Assembly (NCBI RefSeq): GCF_000485595.1
Contig: NW_014577084.1
Coordinates: 180,431 to 217,173 of the forward strand
DNA: 36,743 bases
Direction: 5' to 3'
From: Priapulus caudatus
Lineage: Eukaryota
The first letter of the stretch is position 1. Every line of letters begins with the position of its first letter. The notes beneath the pieces are model-generated. The model searched no databases. It was not told where the DNA came from and saw nothing but the letters and a program-made list of their open reading frames with translations. Shown piece by piece: positions 1 to 11,300 of this stretch. Made by a program: the position numbers and the translations under genes.

Positions 1-150
1 TGTCCAATTCGTAGGGGAGTAGGTTTCTATTCAAGTCCAAATGCTGGCGAGCGATTGAGGATGTTCTATCCATATTCGCGTTCTGTACATTCGTGTATTC
101 ATGTATCGCCCCGTGAGCGTTCAGCACGCCAACGGCATTAACTTGCTTAA

Positions 151-755
151 AGGGGGAGTTTACCTTAGGTTCTAGGGTTATTTTCAGCTAATTTAGGTTA
201 TAATTACGCTACATAAAAAGTTTCATAGTTCAATGACCATTAGAAATATTATTAAAAAATGTTTAAAACTGACGACTACAGTTTGATTACAACGACGGTG
301 GCGCCACTCAAGCGCACGATCTGATAAGTGCGCAAAACCACTTTCCAGCAAGGGCTACAGACGAGGGTGTTTCTTATTATTAATTTAAAAGCAAAAGGAT
401 TGTAATATCTTATAAACGACATATAGTTTCAGTTATAATATGGATAAATTTGCCCTAAAATGAAAAAATCGTTCGGTTAAATAGCATTTAGGTATAAATA
501 TAAATTGCACTTTTGTGATTAGCCCTCGGTCTGTAACCTGCAAATAAATTGTCAACTACGCAACTTTTTCGGTGGTGGCAGCACGGTCGCGGGTGTCATG
601 GCGCCGTTCAAATTTCGTAGCGTTGATGTGTTATACTGTGTAAATAATTATAACAATTAAATTAGGTATCTGGTAACAAATACGTGTGGGTATAGACGAT
701 TTGTTATACAGTAAGTACTGTTGTATGCAGTAAAATCCTAGAGGCTACTGTCCCT
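151..755. mobile_element. Non-autonomous Kolobok-like MITE (TTAA TSD, AGGG...CCCT termini)
   Basis: TTAA at 147-150 and 756-759. Left end AGGGGGAGTTTACCTTAGG vs reverse complement of right end AGGGACAGTAGCCTCTAGG. Internal inverted pairs are symmetric about ~450 (GCTACAGACGAGGG ~353-366 / CCCTCGGTCTGTAAC ~523-537; TGGCGCC ~299 and ~600). TTAA plus RR...YY termini is the Kolobok signature. Confidence 0.6.
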
Positions 756-856
756 TTAAGAATACAACGCTGTGTGATCGGTGTACAGATATTCAAATGG
801 TTCAGCTCTTGCTAGCCTATTAGAGAAACGCAGAGGTCGGTCGCGACGGTGTGAAC

Positions 857-940
857 TATTGCGATATACTGTGATATATTGTTATATATTGCGATATACT
901 ATGATATATTGTGATATACTGTGATATATTGCGATATGTT
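857..940. repeat. 10-bp-unit minisatellite (TTGCGATATA/CTGTGATATA variants)
   Basis: About 8 tandem degenerate 10-mers visible directly. Confidence 0.85.
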
Positions 941-1127
941 GCCCTATTGTGTACACATTCCCGTGTACGCATCCCTACGCACGTGAGTATGTACTTTCCA
1001 ATTTGCGCGCGCGTGGGCGTGCACACGGACGTGTGTACGTGCGTGCCTACATGTGTGCATGCGTGCGTGCGTGCGTGTGTGCGTGCTTGTACTGAGAGTG
1101 TTACGTATTGTAATGCGTATTCTATAA

Positions 1128-1181
1128 ATAGTTACAAGAGTTAATAATACATTATTAGATAATATTAGCTCTTGATAGTTA
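1128..1181. mobile_element. 40-bp CAAGAG...CTCTTG mini-palindrome with 7-bp TSD (family A, copy 1); probable P-superfamily footprint or minimal MITE
   Basis: ATAGTTA (1128-1134) | CAAGAGTTAATAATAC...ATTAGCTCTTG (1135-1174) | ATAGTTA (1175-1181). Confidence 0.65.
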
Positions 1182-1418
1182 TGTTTTTATTAGCAATAGG
1201 ATCTTCTGTTTAATTTCACATATAGTTACGGCGAGGAGCACCCACGCTCAATGCAGAAGCGGTTACACCGCCATGTAGAACCACGCATCCAATATCATTA
1301 CGGCTATAGGTTTCAGATGTGCCACTGCACGAAATTTCCAAATTCTATTGTACGAATATTTACAATGTAACAATAACCTATTATCGCAGCTGCTTTGCCT
1401 CTATTCGCGTTTGTGTTA

Positions 1419-1856
1419 TGCTAGGGGCACACGAGCGATTTTTATCGCCCGATCGCGGCGATTAAAATTGCCAGCGAATTTAATCGCCCGATCACGAAGG
1501 GGCACACGTAGCGATTTTTATCGCCCGATCACGAAGGGGCACACGTGACGTAGCGAATTTGAGAGCGTACGCGCACGCCACTCGACAAAACATTTAACAT
1601 CACATGATATCAACAACACGTCCGATTGGTTTAGAAAAATCGATCGGGCGAAAAAACACGCCGGTCACGGGCACACGAGCGATAATAATCGCCCGGCGTA
1701 AATAATCGCCCGAAAATATCTAACATTTTGGATACGGGCGATTCGGTCGGCCGATTAAAATCGGCGTCGACGTGAACGGGCACACGGGCGATTTCTTCGA
1801 GCGATTTCAAAATTCGCGGCGATCGGGCGATAAAAATCGCTCGTGTGCCCCTACCA
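1419..1856. mobile_element. PIF/Harbinger-type MITE, 438 bp
   Basis: TTA at 1416-1418 and 1857-1859. ~38-bp TIR TG(C/G)TAGGGGCACACGAGCGATTTTTATCGCCCGATCGC with 1 mismatch. Several internal GGGCACACG / ATCGCCCG subterminal repeats. Confidence 0.85.
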
Positions 1857-3447
1857 TTAGAAGACAAATCAAATTACTTTCAGTATTTGCTTTTTTCTAT
1901 CGTGTACACGGCATATATTAGGTTCACCATAGATAGTTGAATAATAGTGATAAATTAAATCCCCTATAATAAGACGAGTTATGTCATCTATTTATTTTGT
2001 TGTGAATTAAGTTTGAAGTATTTTTTACCGACGTCCTTGTTTATTGTAATATAAGTGAGAGTGTACGATTCCCTCGGAAGTTGGCAAAAAAATACACTGA
2101 AAAACTTCCAGGAAACGATGTCGTTGTCGATATTTTAAATGATAATATAATTCAGGATATAAACGTTTACGCCATCTGCCCGCTTTTGTCGCTATATACA
2201 CCACGGATAAAGTATTTAATATTCGTTGACCTTTCACTGAATGTGTTTTAGTTTCCTGCAGATAATTATATTGCTCTGTAACAAAGGATCACATGTAAAT
2301 AATATCTATAGAACGGACACACCTGTAAAATAACTCATTTGGATTTAAAATGGCATCGTTGAAACGGACATTCACCCTTATTTCAGATGCATACGCGCTC
2401 GTTCATAAACCGGAACTGCACACGAACTCGTAGTATAGTAAGATGATCGATACGCATCATTAGCATTTATTCATTGTCCATTCGCTACTACATTATGATT
2501 TTATCGAAATATTATTTTTGCTTACTGTGGGCATCATTTCAACGTTTTTTGGCTGCACCAGACCTATTCACACACTAGTTTATTTAAATAATTTTTGTAA
2601 ATATTTTATGGTCGTCACCATGAATGTAAAAAAAACGTTAGAATATTACGTGCCGAGAACAAGTTATCTGCATTGCTATGATGCGTTTTATAGTGAAGAA
2701 TATACGTACTGAGTGTAGAGCTCTGTATTAATTTTTATACACAGTTATTTGAATAGCAACCACTATGCTATAAAAATAAGCAAAATGTGTATACTTTTTA
2801 GTGTAGGTCATCTGTTATAGCGAGCTTTTGCTTCGCAAGGTCTTTCTTCGCCATAGTCGTTTCCTAGCGTCTGAATTTTCATAAAAAGTACAAGAACATT
2901 GTTTCATGTATATTTATAACTATGATGATCTTGTATTGTGTCTTATTACGCATACTTGCCTTATTGAACTATAATCTCCAAATTGTACAATAGCCCAGCC
3001 CTAATATATATGTATATATATATTATATATATATATATTTATTTATTTATATATATATATATGCATGCGTACATATAACCTATATAGTGCTCAGTAATTG
3101 AATTTCTTGTTCTATTAACTATTTGTTAGTCGTTACGTTACACTGTCATGTGTCATGGTCGGTGAAAAATCAAGAGAATAGACACACACGTATACCTGCA
3201 TGCAATTACAAATGCTAACTGCATACGTACATGTATATGAACTTGCGCACGCAAATCCATGCATGTCTGTGCACATACACACACGCGCGCTCTTCGACTG
3301 TCACGTAGTTAGTGATAATTCCGTACAGCTCTGACGTTATCCTATCTCGCAGGATGGTCATAACAGAGCGCAGCGTACGGATATCCTGCTATTACCGTTA
3401 TTGTACGTGGTCAGTGACATTCCGTAATGCGCCCTTTACTAATACGG

Positions 3448-3491
3448 ATATGATCAAGAGCTAATAAGGTATTATTAGCTCTTGATATGAT
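3448..3491. mobile_element. 30-bp CAAGAG...CTCTTG mini-palindrome with 7-bp TSD (family A, copy 2)
   Basis: ATATGAT (3448-3454) | CAAGAGCTAATAA-GGTATTATTAGCTCTTG (3455-3484) | ATATGAT (3485-3491). Confidence 0.7.
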
Positions 3492-3581
3492 CGAGAGCCT
3501 ACACGGTGGCCTCCGCCTACATGTTATGCCCCCCCCCGCCCCATTGCCTTGATGGATAGGACAATCGCAGTAAACACGTCG

Positions 3582-3592
3582 ACACACACACA

Positions 3593-3669
<77 letters not shown>
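3582..3669. repeat. (CA)n microsatellite
   Basis: Near-perfect CA run. Confidence 0.95.
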
Positions 3670-3671
<2 letters not shown>

Positions 3672-4949
3672 TGATACGCCCTAAGACTTGCGTGCATTAA
3701 ACTTTCGCGAACCTCTGTCATTAGGCGAACATAAATCTGGTTCGCGTGTTTATTGGACGTGGAGACGTGGAGTGGTTCACGCCCAACGGTAGGCATTACT
3801 GCATGTGTTCTTTGAGACTTTTGATCGAATGGACGGAATACGGGTTCTTCCGAAAATAGGCAGTTGTTTGGCAGTACACAAGTACGTTCACCTTTACTGT
3901 TCGCGCGTGTTTGTCTGTATGTGTCTCTGTGTATGTTTATTATCGCAGCTGGATAGCACATTGAGTTTTCGAAATCTGATCAAATTATCAAATTTCGTGC
4001 AAACATGATAGGACAACTGTTAAATGATATTAGACGTAATCCCACCGAAATAGGCTTTTAATGTGGTGGCACGTTTTTTGCAGTTATGAGATTTTGAAAT
4101 GCATTTCATTGGGCATATCTTGACTATTGGGTAATACCATTTAATGGTTTTTAATGCTGTACTTAGGGACATGAAGCAAACGAGATCAATAAAATTAGAT
4201 AATTAAACGTCATTTGCAAAGGGTCACCGTGGAATATCGAAAAACAACTCTATGATCACAGCTCCACTTCCAAGTAGCAGTTGTAGTTTATTCAAAATTA
4301 TCTACTTTTGTTAGAAGAATCGATTAACATATTATATAACGAGATTAGATGATTACTATTTTGATACCTAATATTTTATGTATTAGATATACGTGAAGAT
4401 ACGGTATATACATTAAAATGTCTCACACTTGCGTTATATAGACACACACAAACAGTTATTCGTACATACAACTCATAAACTGTATGATGATGCTAGCTGA
4501 TAGAAATCGAATGTATTGCGAGTCTGAGTTGGGATATTTGCTGTGGATTTCCTTGCAGAACTGTGACGGTGGCTCGTAACCTAAGTAACTTGATCTTCTT
4601 CATCAACATCGCTGATTGGCTGATACCCGATTTATTTGTTGCACTTTATACTTGTAGGGCTTTAATTTTCACGATCAGCTAAAAGCATGCGGGAGGTGTG
4701 CCAAGGCGAATTAACACATGTATCGAATGTTACTTTTACCTGCTACTGCTAGTACCACCCAAAACCGTAACGTTTAAACGTTTTAGAACAGTGTAGGTTA
4801 ATGTATGATTACAATACAAGAATGTGATAAGCAATTTAATTACCTGAGTTGTTGTCATTCCCCGTTTTATGTCGTAGCAATATAATATCGTACATACACT
4901 TCCACTAACAGTCACATCGATAAACATTTACATAGGATATCATTTATGT

Positions 4950-4955
4950 TTTATT
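4950..4955 (-). promoter_or_regulatory. Candidate polyadenylation signal (AATAAA) of the large gene
   Basis: TTTATT on + strand ~390 nt past the TAG stop. A second candidate lies at 4631-4636. The context is AT-rich, so the evidence is weak. Confidence 0.3.
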
Positions 4956-5341
4956 TATCCGTCTAAATCCAGTTCGTTAATATAAACTTTATCCGTTTAT
5001 GTTACCAATATCTCATATAGGTGTATAAACTATCATATACATTACGTGATGCTCGTTTTCCTCTACTGGTACGACAGAAAACCCCACGAATAGTTACTTA
5101 ATTGCCATATACATCGTGCACGTAACATTTTCTATGTTGTATCCCTAAATAACACAACTTTTCTGATCAGACACTTCTCAAACGATTGTCTGTTTTTCGC
5201 ATTAAAAAATAACACGTAAATATACCACCTTTGCCAAGGAACTTAATCTCAGTAACAGATTTAGCAAGAAGGTGCAAATAACCTCTATGAATTGCACGGG
5301 TAAATATTTTTCCTCGAATAAACATTCTTCTATGCGACGTC

Positions 5342-8300
5342 CTACAACGCCCTGCCGCGGTTTGGCCGTCGCAAGGATCGAGTGCGCTCGCTTCGTAAAT
5401 AGCCCCCGGGCTGTATGGTGGTGTGTAACCCTTTCGAGTGAGGTCTCCCATTGCTTTGTCTGCTCTCGTCCGACGTGCCCAATATAACTTGAAAATATTC
5501 CCCCGTGGGTTTTTCGAAGGTGTGCGATCTTGCACCCCTCGGTTCGGAATCGTGCCGCATCTGTGCCCGTTCACGCCTGTTTGGTGTCATAGATGAAGAG
5601 GTCTCCACGGCAACATGGACGGGCGGAGTTGTGGCGACGGTCTCAAGTCTGTAGCGGTCTCTACTGCGCCTGGACGTGTCTGGTTGTCGCCGTCCGTGGC
5701 CCTCTGTTCGATCTGCGCTCGAGATTGGGGACGATTGTAACGGATCAGGTGTGGCGGGCGGTGAAACGGGGACAGTGTTGACATATCTCCCTGAGGTTGA
5801 CAGCCGGCTTGTAGTGCGGGCCGTCCCAGCAGGGAAGAAATATCTGTTACGTGTCGTCACTGCGTCCGAACGCGGCACGGATATTGAATAAGTTGGTTGC
5901 AGAGCAACCTGTAGGGATGGGTGGGCACGATTCCGCTCGTACTCGCTAGATGGCGCGTTCTCCGCGCGTGGAGAAATCGTACGTCGCCGACCAGTTGCGT
6001 TAGATCGAGGCCTTGTGATTGGCCGTCGAATTTGTTCATAGTTAGGATTTCGGCCGATATCTGGCGATTCGGAATTTCGCCCGTTTTCGTTACGAATGTT
6101 AACAACTGCGGCGGTAGTTACATGCGACGCTTCGGTTGGTGTAGCAGCGGCAGTTACGCGGTGTCCCCTGACTCGAGATTTAGGCTCGTAGTCGCTTGTT
6201 TCGGCTTCTTGGTCTCCTTCAATGACACGGCGAAGTCGACCTGTTGGTTGACTGAGTTCGACTTCAAGGTACTCGGATGATACGGCCGTAGACTGGGCCG
6301 TTACGTCTGCCACCATATATGTAGGCGTAGTTTTCTCAGCCGATGACGGTGAGCTGGCCGTCGTTGTAGTTTTGCGGTTATTTCTCCTAGTGGCTCTAGA
6401 TGTTTGATCGGGCGCAGCAGACCGTGGCCGGCTTGACACTGGAGACGGATGCGAATATACACGTACTATAGGTTCTCGCTGCGTCGGTGGTACGGTGAGG
6501 TAAACTGTATCTAGCGGTGTAGTTGCCTGCACCTTGCGTACGTTGCCTCGAGTGTACGTATTTAAGGTAGGTTCAGCTCTTAACTCGTCCAAATTCTCAA
6601 AATTGGCCAGTCTCGTAGGTAGTAGACGCGCTTTGCTGAGCGCTACACGCGGGTATTGTTGCGACTCGGATACGCGTCTTTGGTTGCGTCTCTCATACGC
6701 ATATACGTAGGGAGTTGTTACTGACTCGGGCGAGTTCTTTTGTGTGATGAAATAACCGTGGAATTGTTCTGATACCTGTCGTTTCGGAGTGTTGTGAAAA
6801 TATGTAGGGTCCGGAGACGTGGACCCGCCATCTTGTAGGACTGGCATTTCTTTTTTTTCTTCGGGAATGGTGCGAGGGGAAGCTACTAAACTCTCGCGCT
6901 TGTTTGAATATGAATTTCCGGCGTTGTTGTTGGTGTTATTTCTTGGCGCAAGAGTGTCATCGAAATCTAAGTTTAGCCCGTAGTTCTCCTGGGTTTGCAA
7001 TACGTCACTGCGTTTCTGTGTTAGTGCTGGAAGTACAGGGTTGAAGTGTTTTGATTGAGTGTAGGTTTGAATCGTGCTCCATAAATCGTGGAAGCCGTCT
7101 TCTACTCCGGTGACCTCCCCTCTGCCGAGAGAACTAATGTTTCTTGTTTCTGCATGGCTCTTCCCCTGCTCGCCGGATGGACCACTGTTTCTGCTTTTTA
7201 AACTTACTACGAACGAGTATCCATTTGTAAATTCGTCGTCGGTGGCACTTGTGCCTATATTCAAGCTCGATTGTTTTGGCCCTAACAGGTTTGGTCTGAG
7301 AAAGAGATCGAGCACGTCCGAGCTGTTCAGGCCAGTTGCCGTGTTGGGACTCGTACACTTGCCGTTATGGTCGCAAACGCTAATATTCAACAGTTTGGGC
7401 TGATAAGAAGTATTTGGACCATACGTTTCGTATTGCAGTGGATTTTGCGCTGCGTTACCTGTAGTGGCATTGGAACTTTTATTTTCACCGCATCCCTGAA
7501 GGCACCTTCTTTCTGGTATGCCTGGGTTGAGTTCTAATCTCAGAGTTTCATTATTTAATCTCTTAATTGTTAGTTCTGGCATTGCTTTATCCGTGTCAAC
7601 TTCTTCAATTGTCAGTTCTGGCATAGCTGCCAACGATGGGTCTTGATCACCATAGTAATATCGTTCGTTTCTATCATGTCCGTGTATGTCGTAGACGCGA
7701 GCGTCTCTATTACTAATTCCAGTATATATCGTGAGGTCACTACTACCAAGCGGAGATGACTGCGCTGATGCCCTTATGATGTACGACTTATTAACGACAT
7801 TACCTGACTCAGCATCGCCTTCCCCGAAAGAAATTGTTATTTCCCCAATAACATTGCTTCCACCGGGTAGTTTTACCTCTGGGGGCGGTGTCGGGATGAT
7901 ATGCAAGACTGAACCAATTCCTCGGCCTTTGTTTGTGCGCACACTGACGGGGCTTAGCGGTTTTGTAGGCGAAGTAGAGATGTCCACTGTTTCCGAATAT
8001 TCGCCCCGTGATTTTACCGGGTCAGTTGCTGGACGTGGTCTCCTTGTTGTCGTTGACGGTGTCGTCGTAGGCGGCCTGGGTCCTTGTGGGTTCGGTCCGC
8101 GTGCTGTGCTAATATTATTTGCAATCGTTCTAGCTCTAGCTCTTTGTCGTTCGACTGGAATTGTCATTGTGGAGGTAAGGGCTTCTTTTGATGCAGATGT
8201 AGCTCTTGTTACTAGAGTCCTCGGTATAGGTGTTGTTGTTGTTTGTAGTACTGTAGTTGCTAGTACATTTTCTTCTACTGGAATAGTTACTGTCGGCTCA

Positions 8301-11300
8301 CGTGTAGGGGAATGTTTACGGATCGAATATCCATTCTCACCCTGAGGATTCCGACTAACGCTGGGATCTTGATTGCTGAGATGCAGATCCCACGCGTATT
8401 CATTTCGGTTGTTGTGAGGAACTCTAGCATTGTATATTTGCCTAGTTGCGTACAGAGCTTGCGCATCAATGTACGGTGGCTGGTCATTGGCGGGACGTGC
8501 CCCAGAGGCATATGAAAACCCATTTGATTTGCTTCTTTCTGGTTGCGTATTTGTACCTGTGTCGGTACTAACAGTTGTAGCTGGTGTAGACTGCGTATAG
8601 TCAGACGCTTGCGCCTGACTTTGTGAACGAGATTCTTGTACTCTCTTCGTTCTATCTAAGGTAAACATTGCGGTACTATTGGACTGAGGGATTGCTGGAG
8701 TGTTATTTTGTTTCGTTTCGCGGGAGACTGCAGTTAAACTCGCTCTAAGCGGCCGTCGATGGCTAACAGTACGAGTTGTCTGGTTTTGTAGAATCTGGTT
8801 TTCTTCAGTCGCATTTCTTCCTCTCTTCAATGAGCCAATCGATTGAGCACGGGGCATTGACCTCCTGACATGCTTCACTCCAACAGCGCGAAAAACTTTA
8901 GTCCCATCCTCCCGAACAACACTTTCATAGATGGTTAGTGTATCGCCGTTATTTTGCGAAGTAGTCCATTCCCGATTGATGCCACTGCCACCTGGCACGG
9001 AATCCCTCGTGTTCTGATGCTGGTCAACACGGACGCTTGCTGTTCCTGAATTTGAAGTAAGTTCCGCCTCAGTGCGAGTTGGTTCCATTGCCATTCTAGC
9101 CAGGCCTCCCTCTGTGTGCCGACTATAAACTCTTCCAGGAGAATGATTATAACTTACGCGGTGTGCGTTGTGCAATTCTCTCAATAGCGACGCTGCCATT
9201 GAGGTTGACATTGTGTCGGCCATGTTCCTTGTTGTCGTGTCAACTCTTCCGTTTATCAAACTGGCGTTCCGATTAAAAATAGTTGTTGATGATTTTCCCG
9301 TGGGGGCATTGCTGGGGCCTTTGTAGGTTTCCTGCGTAGGTTCTGGTTCTGGTTCGGTAGCATGCAATTCGCGTTTGTCGCTACCAGCGTTTGAGTTACG
9401 CTGGTGTTTTGATTCACGCAGATCGATTGCTTCAAACTCGGAATCATCCTGTGACGTCATGCCGTACGTGGATTGCATTAGACCTGCATTAGCTGTGATT
9501 TCGTCCTGCACCACTGGCATCGATTCTGCTATGCCGTGGTTTTTCTGGCCTGCCAGACCTCCGCGTTGATCTTCGAATAAACCTGCATCCATGTCCAGTA
9601 ATGCTACCGTCGAATGAGAAGTGTCATTGGGGTTGGGTGAATTAGTTAGCGGCTTTGCTCCAACTGCAGCACTAACGTGTTGTTCTTCACGCCCACTGTG
9701 CCATCCATCACGCACGCCTTGAGAATAAGGCGAAAAATTCGTTCGCCCCCCTCTGTTACTTCTATGATCTGCATTTACGAATGAAGCATCCATATTCGTA
9801 GTGCCTCTGTGGACGTCAGTTATGTTATCCGCCATTAATTCGATATTAGCTGGTTGTAAACCTGGTTGAAGAACTCTATCATCGATTGCTGGGGAATCTG
9901 CGGTGTGTTCTGCAGGTAATACTCTACGCGACCTGCCTAAAGATGGCGGTAGAGTAGTAGTTCTGTCTGTCGTGAAATACTCTGACGTGGTCGATTCGGT
10001 TGTGAATGTTGAGTCAGTATAACTATCCTCGATGGTAAGGGTGTACATACTGACATCATTTTCCGACATGTTGTTGTCATGTACGACATGTGTGACATTT
10101 TCCGTTTTTACTGTTGATGAAGTGTCCATATACTTGCCGCTAGTTGTAGCAGTGTATGTAGGGAGCATTGTCTGGTTACGGGGGTGCCGATTTAAGTTTG
10201 TTTGCGTTGTTCCCGTCACATTGCGTTGTTCCCGTTGTTTGCGTTGTTTCCGCAGATTATCACCTTCAATGTATGCCTGGGCCATGTTATTAAGTTGGGG
10301 TTTCAAGGTAGACGTCATAGGCTCTTGACTAAAATCGCTGCTAGTGCTCGTTTCAGGCACTGCACGAAGATAAGTAGATGAGTCACTATTATTTCTCATG
10401 TGATTAGCGCTCGGGGTAAACTCGTCGTCGTAAACATCTCCAATCGCTGGAACCTCTTCGTTTCTTCGTCTACTCTCACTAGAGACTGTGGATATTCTAT
10501 TGCGCTGGGTTATCGTAGATGAGGGTGGGCCTTGCGTTGGCGGAGTTCCGGCAGTCATCAGTAGTTGCGGCCCATTTAATCGACTACCTCTTATGTTCGT
10601 GGAAGGTGTAGTAGTTTGTTCGGTCGATTGACTCATTGCCATCTCATCGGTCGACGCTGGGCTATTCATTGAGGGCTCTCGCGAATTCATCGCAGGTGCC
10701 CTGAGGTTATGCATGAGGATACGAAGCGAATTGCGCTGGACAGGAACGTACGAAGCAGCTTCTTCTTCCGTCATACCATTCGCGAGACGGAGATCACTCC
10801 TGCTGCCACCGCTGCTACTTTGCATCGCGAGGTCTTCATCCAGCAAATCTCTGAATCTGCTGTCATTGCGTGGCGCAATCAGTACAGCTTCGAATCCACC
10901 GATGGGTCTCTGCTGGTTACGCATTGAGTAGTTCATGTCCGGATCATCTGTACGATTGCCATCATTTGGGGTCTCCCACCGCTCGTAGGCACCGACTCTT
11001 CCGGGTACTCCGCGTCCTCCCCGCAGTTCGTAGTCATAGATTTTCATAGTTTCATGCCGATCATTGGGTGCATAGCCGTTATTGAATTCGTTGAGATTTG
11101 ACGCTCCACTCTCATTCTGTCTAATTGTGAGGTTTCGTAGTTGCGATGGTGATGTTGATTCGTAAACAAATTCAGCTGTTTGATTTTCCGGCAAAATTAC
11201 GCTTCTGTCACTGTCATTAGTTTGGCTGGAGATGCTCGTGTCCTTGTTGCTGTTAGCTTTGCTGTCAACGTCCGTTTCAACTTGTTTCGTGTACGCTGTT

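Noticed and set aside
1423..1560. CRISPR-like repeat/spacer appearance (also 30370-30545)
   Set aside because: Eukaryotic context, no unique regular spacers, no cas genes; explained by MITE subterminal repeats and a local duplication.
3411..3961. ORFs with CVCV/HTHT runs (also 12164-13263, 18863-20128, 20341-20729, 34585-35608)
   Set aside because: Translations of microsatellites; no coding signal.
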